Shown piece by piece: positions 53,923-62,291 of a stretch of 62,291 nt of DNA. Positions within the stretch are counted from its first letter, which is position 1; every line of letters begins with the position of its first letter. A program made the translations under genes and the position numbers. The stretch is from positions 120,242,385-120,304,675 of the forward strand of contig NC_085846.1 of assembly GCF_035594765.1 (NCBI RefSeq). The letters are read 5' to 3'. The notes under the pieces are model-generated. The model had not been told where the DNA came from. It saw only the letters and a program-made list of their open reading frames with translations, and made no database searches. The stretch is from Anolis carolinensis (lineage: Eukaryota).

Positions 53923-54437
53923 TGTTGTGGTAATCTCTCTGAGTGGGTAGACTCAATTTAACCCTCTCTGGGGGAGATTCCACCAAAATGTAGCAGAGTA
54001 GCAAAAGCAAAAGCTTTCAAATGCAACAGTTACTTACACGGGGTGAGCAAGAGAAGCCTTTCAGCTTAGGATGACAATGGAGTGCAGAGTCTCAGTAAAA
54101 GTTCAAAAACATTTATTCAGGTAAAAAGAACTCCATTGTAGATAGAAAGGCTTGGGAGCTGTGTAGTCTACTCTAGACTGGTTTCTAAGGAAAAATAAGA
54201 AAGGAAAAATAACAAACATCTAAATAGTTACATCTTGCCAGGAGAGACAGCAAGATGCTGCTTGTTAGCTAGAAGAACAAAGGGAGAAGAGAGAACCAAA
54301 ATGGTTCCAACTTCATGGTCCAGTTTATTGGGGCCATAAAAGACATTCTGACCAATGAGAAGTTAGTGTCCCTAAAGATTCACATTTCTACTAACTTCAA
54401 AGGGATGTGACGTAAACAGGACAGAGTGAAACACAGT
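53923..54437 (-). mobile_element. Truncated LTR, same family as 20949-21571
   Basis: High-identity reverse complement of about 21057-21571. Confidence 0.8.
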
Positions 54438-54481
54438 TCCTAGTGAGGAACGGGGGGTGAGGCAACAGGAAGTGAGAGGAA

Positions 54482-55020
54482 CCAGACCACACCTGGAATC
54501 ACATTGTGTCCCATTCTGGTCACCGCCATTGAAAGGAGATGTTGACAAGCTGGAATGTGTCCAGAGGAGGCCGACTCAAAAGATCAATGGTCTGGAGAAC
54601 AAGAATCCCTATGAGGAGCGGCTGAAAGAGCTGGGCATGTTTAGCCTGCAGAAGAGAAAGCTGAGAGGAGGAATGATGAGGGCCATGTATAAATATGTGA
54701 GGGGAAAGAAGTCACAGGGAGGAGGGAGCAAGCTTGTTTTCTGCTGCCCTGGAGACTAGGACGCAATGGAACAATAGCTTTAAAGTGCAGGTAAGGAGAT
54801 TCTACCTGAACACGAGGAAGAACTTCCTGACTGTGAGAAGGGCTGTTCGGCAGTGGAACTCTCTGCCGCGGACTGTGGTGGAGGCTCCTTCTTTGGGGGC
54901 TTTTAAGCAGAGGCCGGCTGGCCATCTGTCGGGGGGACTTTGAATGTGTTTTCCTGCTTCTTGGCAGAATGGGGTTGGGCTGGATGGCCCATGAGGTCTC
55001 TTCCAACTCTAGGATTCTAG
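54482..55020 (+). mobile_element. CR1 LINE 3' fragment
   Basis: [30 protein letters not shown]. Confidence 0.85.
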
Positions 55021-57492
55021 GATTCTGTGCATCTGCCCTGCAGGAGGAAGGAAGGAAGGAAGGAAGGAAGGAAGGAAGGAAGGAAGGAAGGAAGGAAGGA
55101 AGAGAAGGGGAACTCACTCCTGGAAGAGTTTTTCTCATGGGAAAGCTCTACCTACAATCCACAAGCCAGATTTTCCAAAACCCAGTTTTCACAGGGACAG
55201 GAAGTGAGGTGATATCTGAAGAGGGGCACAGGCAGCAAAACCAACTCCGCAGGAGTGCTGCCCCTTCCCTATGCAATCCAAAACTTATACAGGAGTTACA
55301 CTTCAGAATGTACCTGTTTTGACTGACATACAAATTCAACTTAAGAGCAACCCTACAGAAGCTTGGGGACTGACGGAGGTTTCCTTGGTCAGAGCTGACA
55401 CTCCTGGATGAGGAACCTCAGGGGACGTCTCTGAGGAGGAAGCCACGTCCCAAACAGAGGAGGGCAACACTTGGAGGAAAGTAGATGTGGATGGACGAGG
55501 AATCATTCTGAGTTTGGAGCTCCAGAATCCATTTGGACCTTCCCCCAGCACCATGGATGGTGCAGAAGAGCAAGAGAAACCACAGTGCTCATCTCGGGGA
55601 ATGAGTAGGGCCCCTGGAATGAGTAGGGCCCCTGGAAGAAGGGCCCCTGCCACGGCTCCAAGGGGGTGGGCCCTTCCTGGCAGGGGTCTCACTGCCAAGG
55701 GTCTGACCCCAGGTGCCTCCAGGCGTTTGCGGTCCCTATGATGGAACAAAGAGGCAGAAGAAGCTTGCCAAGCCCACAGACCTAAGCCCTTTCCTTCCTT
55801 CTGGTCCCTGTGGGAACCAATGGCCCTGCAAGGCATCTCCCTCAGGAGGTCTCACAGGTGATCTATGGGTGAGAAGCTGAAGGGCCTGGTGCCCAGGCCC
55901 TCGTTCTGTCTCTTTTTTGTTCAAGGAGGCAGGCCAGGAAGGGAGAGACAGGCTGGACGTGGCAGGATCCTCAGGTGGGAGCGACTATCTTCTCCCGAGG
56001 AGTCCACGATGGAGAGGAGTTTCTTGAAAGTGGGATATGGGTGGCACAGTTTCAAGCTTTTCCAACAAGGAGAGAGACTAGGAAAGGTTTAAAGGAACCA
56101 GAATGCCAGAAATAGCCAGCGCATGCAGGGAGAAAGCCAGAAAGGCCAAAGCGCAGAATGAGTTCAGACATGCTAGGGAGGTTCAAAACAGTAAGGAAGG
56201 GGTTTGGGGAGCTTTCTCCTGAGCAAGAGGAAGGAGGAGGAAACAGCGGGGGCCGTTGCCTGAACAAGAAGGTGAAAGGCTGATGGGACAGAGAAAAGGC
56301 AAAGTTACTCAACAGGTTCTTTACCTTTTAGGATCTGGAGAACAAGCCCTGTGAGGAGCAGCTTAAGTAGCTGGGCATGTTTAGCATGCAAAAGAGAAGA
56401 CAGAGAGAGAGGAGACAGGATGAGGGCCATGTGACTGGAAGTCATAAAAGACTAAGACGTGGAACAATGGCTTCAAATTACATGGAAGGAGATTCGACCT
56501 ATACATTACTAAAACCTTACTAACTGTGAAAGCTGCTCAGCAGTGGAACTCTCTGCCCCAGAGTGTGGAGGACACCGGATGGCCATCTGTCAGGGCTGCT
56601 TTGAATGCAATTTCCTGCTTCTTGGCAGAATGGAGTTGGACTGGATGGGCCACCAGGTCTCTTCCAACTCTAGGATTCTATGGTTCTAGGAGAAGACTGA
56701 GCCAAACAGTGCTCAACTTGGGGACAATGGAGTAAATAACGCAACGGGGGAAATGCGCCCTTGCCACCCCATATGAGAGCCATGCGTGAGTTGGGGCCTT
56801 TTACCCTCGCACTCAAGACCTGGCTCTTTACTAGAGCTTTTAATCTATGTTAATTTTATCAATATTTGTATGTATGTATTTTTATCCTTTACAATTTTAT
56901 CTTGTAAATCGCCTAGAGCATCGTGGATGGAGGGCGATTAATAAGTAATTAAATGATGATGATGATGATGAAATGCGGCATAGAATAGGTAAAGGCAGCA
57001 CAGGAATACCTGGCTAATCTAAACGAAGCCACATCTCCAGGAGCAGATGTATATTGAGAGAACTGGCAGAAGTCATTTCAGATGAACTGACAATCATCAA
57101 ACAAAAGCAAGTCATGCTGGATGAATATTAATTTTTTGGATAGAGTTGCTAGCTTCATAGACCAAGGGAATGCTGTGGATGTAGCATATCTTGATTTCAG
57201 TAAGACCTTTGACAAGTCTCCCCATGACATTCTCACAAAAAAGCTAATCATATATGGGCTAGCCCAGGCACTGGCAAACTTGGGCCCTCCAGGTGTTTTG
57301 GACTCCAACTCCCACAATTCCTAACAGCCTGGGCCAGATAATGCTACTGTGAATTGGACAGGGAATTGGCCCGCCCCCTGAACCCAGGGGCACTCCTGCC
57401 CAACGCTTCCTCCTCCTTCTTCCAGGGGACAAGGGCCCAGTGGGGGCCACAAAGGGGGGGTGAGGTCTGTCCTGAGCCCAGTACTGTTCAAC

Positions 57493-57549
<57 letters not shown>

Positions 57550-58319
57550 TACTTTATTTATATTCCCCTCTATCTCCCTGAGGGAACTCAGGGCGAACTA
57601 CAGAACACACATACGGCAAGCATTCAATGCCATTATACAATTAACAAGGACAGACAATACACAAACAGAGGTAAAGGCGTTTCCCATCTTATTTCCAGCA
57701 TCTTGGAGGCTGTGCTTGACTCCAGCCATGGGTATGTGTGTGTGTGTGTGTGCTGTCACTCCATTTTCCATGCCGAGGAGCTTTGTCTTCCTTAGATGTC
57801 CTCCTGACTGATGTCCTTAAGGGTGCCTTTTTATTACCCCCCTGCTAAAAGCGGTATGTATTTATCTGCTCTCATTACTGCTTTCGATCTGCTAGGTGGA
57901 CAGGGAGCTGGGGCTAATGGCAGGTGCTCACCCGGCCTATCAATTGGCAGAATTGTTCTGCAGCTAGCGGTTTAGCCACATGCTGAATGTGAGCCAGGAG
58001 TGTGATGCGGCAGCTAAAGGAGCCAAGGCCATTCTGGGTGCATCCATAGGAATCTAGGGTCTCCTAAGGAGTGCCAAGGTGCCCTTTCTTCTGCTTTGCT
58101 CTGGCCTCTTTGCCTGGAATAATAGCCCTGTGTCCAGCTGGGTGGAAGCTGGAGATGGACTGGGTGGAAGAGGGCCGGAGTGGGGTGGCCAAAAGGGCCA
58201 AGGGCAAGAGGGACCAAGCCGCCTCCCCCTCAGTCCCGACTGTGATCCAGTGGTGGTCACCCCACGGACTCCCCTCTTCCCTTTGGTGCCAGGCCTGTCC
58301 TCCAGCTGTGATTGGCAGC

Positions 58320-58920
58320 TCAAAAAGCCAACGGGATCCTGTCCTGCCTCAAGAGGAGCCTGGTGCCTGGATCCAGGGATGGAAGTCCGGCTCCCTCTCT
58401 TCTCTTCCGCCTTGGTCAGACCACGCCTGGAATCCCACCGAGTCCCACTCTGGACACTGCAACTGAAGGGAGATGTTGACTCTCAGCTCGAATGTGTCCA
58501 GAGGAGGGAGACTCAAAGGGTCAAGGCTCTGGAGAACAAGCCCTATGAGGAGTGGCTGAAAGCGCTGGGCACGTTGAGCCTGCAGGAGAGAGAGAAGGCT
58601 GAGAGAGAGGAGACAGGATGAGGGCCAGGGATCAAGATGGGAGGGGAAGGAAGTCCTAGGGAGACGAATGCGCAATGGAGCAATGCCTTCAAAGTACAGG
58701 AAAGAGATTCCACCTGAACATCAGGAAGAACTTCCTGACTGTGTGTGAGAGAGATTGCTGTTCAGCAGTGGAACTCTCTGCCCCGGAGGGAGTGTGGTGG
58801 AGGCTCCTTCTCCGGAGGCTTTGAAGCAGAGGCTGGATGGCCATCTGTTGGGGTGCTTTGAAGGCGATCTTCCTGCTTCTTGGCTGAGTGGGGTTGGACT
58901 GGGTGGCCCACCAGGACCCC
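58320..58920 (+). mobile_element. CR1 LINE 3' fragment
   Basis: SALVRPRLE..LECVQRR..ENKPYEE. Confidence 0.8.
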
Positions 58921-58939
58921 CCAACTCGAGGCTTCCACG

Positions 58940-60040
58940 AGGCGTGTCCCGGAGGCGCGTGTTCAGGCGCGGGGGGGCTTATGGTCACCCGCCTTCCCGC
59001 CGTCCGCTCGACTGACCTTCACGGGAGAGGGAAAAGAAATCTCTGCGCATGCGCCCTTCCAGAGGTACGGGGGGGGGGCGCAGGGGAGGGGCAGAGGGGC
59101 TCTTCCTGGGGGTGGGGGTCCCTTTCCCGCCTCCGCGACCCTGCAGCCGAGGGCGCCCTCTGCCCCTCCCCCTCCCTCCCCCCCCTTTCTTCCCGCGCGA
59201 ACGCCCTCCGCAGCCCCGCCCTCCGAAGGGGCGTCCCCTCCCTCCCTCCCTCCCCCCTCCCTTTGAGCCTCCCTTGGGTACCACGCCCCTCCCGTTACCT
59301 GGCAACGCCGCCTCTGTTGCCAGGGAGACCAGCGACGGAGATGCCGGTCACCGCCGCGCCGGGAAGGACGGCAAGCGCGCCCCCGCGGGGACGGGAAGGG
59401 GACCGGAGGGGGGGCGGGGGGACCGGCACCCACACGCTGCCTCCCGGGCGGGGGTCACTGCGCATTTGGGGGGGAGGGGGGGTCTGGCTGCTCCGGAGGG
59501 GGAGGGGGGGCCGGTGGGGGGGGCGCATGCCTTCGGAGAGGAGGCCGGAAGCGGCGGGGGAGGGGCAGCGAGGGAGGGAGGGCGCGGCGTCCGAAAGGGA
59601 GGGGGAGGGGGAGGGAGGAGCCTTTGTGCGGGGGGGCGGGAGGGCGGGCGGGAGGCCCCTTCCTGCGCCTTTGCTTCCTTCCTTCCTTCCTTCCTTCCTT
59701 CCTTCCTTCCTCCTCCCCTCCCCCTCCCTCCCTCCCCTTCCCGGTCCGGCTCGGGGTCTGAGCGCGGAGGGGAGCCCGCCCGCCCGCCCGCCCGCCCGCC
59801 CGCCGAGGGTCTGCCCCGCCCCCGCCCCTCCCCCTCCCCTCCCCTCCCCTCCCTGCCCTCCCCTTCCCTCCGCTTGTGCTTGTGCTTCTCGGCGGAGGAA
59901 TTTGGGCCGCAGCAGCTGCGCCTGCCTGCCTGGGTCCGGCCGCCCCTCGCAGCGCCCCGCGCGGACCCCTCCCCCCCCGCCCTGCCCCTCCCCCTCCCCC
60001 TCCCCTCCCCCGCCCTCCCTTCGGCCTGGCCCGGCGGCAG

Positions 60041-60077
<37 letters not shown>

Positions 60078-60276
60078 CCGGAGAGGCCGGAGGCGGCGAA
60101 GGCGGAGGCCGGGCGGAGGAGGAGGAGGAGGAGGCCGGGGCGGCGAAGGCGGAGGGAGGGAGGGGAGCCAGGCCCCTCTCCTCCCCCTCCCTCCCTCCCC
60201 CCTCCCTTGCCCCCCCCCTCCCTGCGCGTCGCCCGCCGGAGAGAGGGCGGGGGGCGGGGGGCGGAGCGGGCGATCG
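58940..60276 (+). promoter_or_regulatory. SMARCD3: SMARCD3 CpG-island promoter / 5'UTR
   Basis: CpG-dense; NRF1 motif tgcgcatgcgc at 59044-59054; X-box gttacctggcaac at 59294-59306; (GA)n at 60044-60075. Confidence 0.75.
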
Positions 60277-60354
60277 ATGGCCGCGGAGGAAGTGACTGGC
60301 GGGGCGCGGAAGGCCACCAAGAGCAAACTTTTCGAGTTCCTGGTCCATGGGGTG
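60277..60354 (+). CDS. SMARCD3: SMARCD3 (BAF60c) first coding exon; gene continues beyond the window
   Basis: MAAEEVTGGARKATKSKLFEFLVHGV|gtgagt nearly identical to recalled human MAADEVAGGARKATKSKLFEFLVHGV. Confidence 0.95.
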
Positions 60355-61004
60355 GTGAGTCGGGGGGGGAGGGGGGGAGAGGGGAGAGGGAGGGGGCTGC
60401 CCCGCCCTGCCCCCAACACGTGCCGTGCCCCGAACAGGTGCCCGGAGAAGGAGGGGGGCCTCGCTCTGCCCCGCCCCCCCCTTGGGCGCCCCTCCCCCTT
60501 CCCGCGCGGGAGATGCCTTTGCGGGGTGGGGGGTGGGGTGGGGGGCGCCTTCTGACTCCTCTGGGGCCTCCACGGGGGGGGGGGGGTAGGTCTCCCGGGC
60601 AGAGCAGTGCTTGCTTCTCGTTGCCTCCCAGGCGGACCCTCGGAAACTTTTGCCCGGAGTCTGTTCAGTGAGAGGAAGGCCCGGCGCCCCCTCTGCCCCC
60701 CGCCCCCCGGTCTCCTCCGCAGCTGCCCCTCCCTCCCTCCCTCCCCCTCCCTCCCTCTCTTCCTGGAGCAGCTGCGGGGCTTTTCTGGGCAGCTGTGCCT
60801 CGGGATGCAGCCCCAAGCCTGAGGGGGGGGGGGCAGGAGTGTGTGTCTGGGGGGAGGAGGCACACAGGAGAAGCCCACCCCAAGTTTGGGCTCCTGGAGG
60901 CCTTGGGAGCCTTGGGACCCCAGCCCAGTTCTCTTCCCTGGGGAAGAAGACCCCTCCGTCCAGCCCACCCCTCCACCATTGTGTTCCCCGATTGTCTTCT
61001 AGAC

Positions 61005-61778
61005 CAGGACTCCCCAACCTTTGGTTGACCAGGGAGCCCTTGACCAGGGGCCACTCTCCAGCGTGAGGACCAAAGGGCTAGGAATCAGTTTTTGGTCAAC
61101 TTTAGATTTGGTTTGATTATTGGGGTGCGGATTCAGAAAATTGCATGCGACAGACCACCTCAGATCTAGTTCCTGATACAGAACGTATGCCATATCCAGT
61201 AGTGGCCGTCTGCTCGCCCACAGAAAACCATGTTTAATCCTCCAGAGCTGATGTGGTCTCTCCAATGCCATTTTCTGAATCTGACCTCAAATGACCCCGA
61301 AACAGGCCTCAAAATGAAGACACCAAGAAACAATCTTTTTTTTGACTGGGCTTTGTTATTATCCGTAGTAGTAACAGTGAGGCCACGGACCGTATTTTAG
61401 AAAACTCACACAAAGAGTGAAGATACCATACGACCTTATTGTTCGGAATACAAGCGTCTACCCTACTGCCCACCTATATAGGCCCTCGCTACAGTGATAC
61501 AAATCATTCTTACAATGGGCCTGGAGGTTGCCCATTCTTTCCCCCCACCTCAGGGCAACTGAGTTTTATGGCTGGTTCATACTCCTGTCCTCCCTTTCGG
61601 CCCATGGGCATGTGTTCTGTGCCAGCGCTCTGTGTCCGGAGATGGCACGAGATGGGGATCATGACAGGACCACTGTTCTAGACCCCCTTCTGCACAAGTG
61701 GGGCCCAAGTGAGTACTAATGCTGGAAAGTGGCCCCTGGTCAAGGGCTCCCTGGTCAACCAAAGGTTGGGGAGTCCTG
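61005..61778. mobile_element. hAT-type element
   Basis: caggactccccaacc TIRs at a TCTAGA-type target. Confidence 0.7.
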
Positions 61779-62049
61779 GTCTAGAAGACAATCACGGAAC
61801 ACAATGGTGGAGGGGGTGGGCTGGACGGAGGGGGTCTTCTTCCCCAGGGAAGAGAACTAGGCTGGGGTCACTTCTGACATGATTAAATCATAGAATCATA
61901 GAATCATAGAATAGTAGCATTGGGGGGGGGGGGGGTCAGCCACTTCCAAAGTATGGGGGGGGGGCTTCTTGCTGTCCACGTGTCACTAAAGAAGGGGCTC
62001 ATTCGCTTGGCTTCCAAAAGGGTGAGGGGGTGCAGAATGGGTGCCCATT

Positions 62050-62291
62050 GAGAGTCCTATCCCTGGACTCCAAGCGTGGCCTGGCCTTCTTCCAGAGTTT
62101 GGCCAGAGCTGCCGTCCCCAAAACATCTGCCGTGAAAAGATGGAAGGCGCATCTCTGGGCTGGTGTCCCAACTAAGACTTGTGCGCCAGCTGTGCCCGTA
62201 CCTTGGGAAGTCTGACTTGGCCACGGTGGTCCACGCTCTGGTCACATCCTGGTTGGATTACTGCAACGCGCTCTACGTGGGGCTGCCTTTG
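62050..62291 (+). mobile_element. L2-clade LINE fragment
   Basis: RQLCPYLGKSDLATVVHALVTSWLDYCNALYVGLP; related pieces at about 28290-29140 and 39200-39430. Confidence 0.7.

Noticed and set aside
58888-61017. Long overlapping ORFs of 385-557 aa on both strands
   Set aside because: Stop-poor CpG-island DNA giving P/G/R low-complexity translations; only the 78-nt SMARCD3 exon has homology

Overview
Vertebrate genomic DNA, almost certainly a squamate and Anolis-like, judged from the repeat families present (Sauria SINE, Penelope, Dong/R4, CR1, L2, RTE, hAT and mariner MITEs). The window is orthologous to human 7q36.1. On the minus strand it carries ASB10 (two alternative first coding exons, with two apparent +1 frameshifts in the SOCS-box exon), a complete 19-exon IQCA1L/DRC11L (about 829 aa) and a complete ABCF2 (non-coding exon 1 plus 14 coding exons, about 626 aa). 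On the plus strand it carries the first coding exon of SMARCD3 (BAF60c) and a probable upstream alternative SMARCD3 promoter and exon. Exons are extremely GC/CpG-rich islands among AT-rich, TE-filled introns. There are three N gaps. Notable points: gene order differs from human (no CHPF2 between ABCF2 and SMARCD3, SMARCD3 flipped, no H2BK1 seen); a 7-unit array of an internal Dong/R4 fragment alternating with variable (TAA)n spacers; two cases of independent TE insertions hitting the same site in paralogous repeats; and a hAT element with mirrored rather than directly duplicated flanks. Gene identities rest on recalled vertebrate protein sequences and manual splice and phase checks, with no database search. 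TE family names and boundaries are approximate unless a TSD is given.
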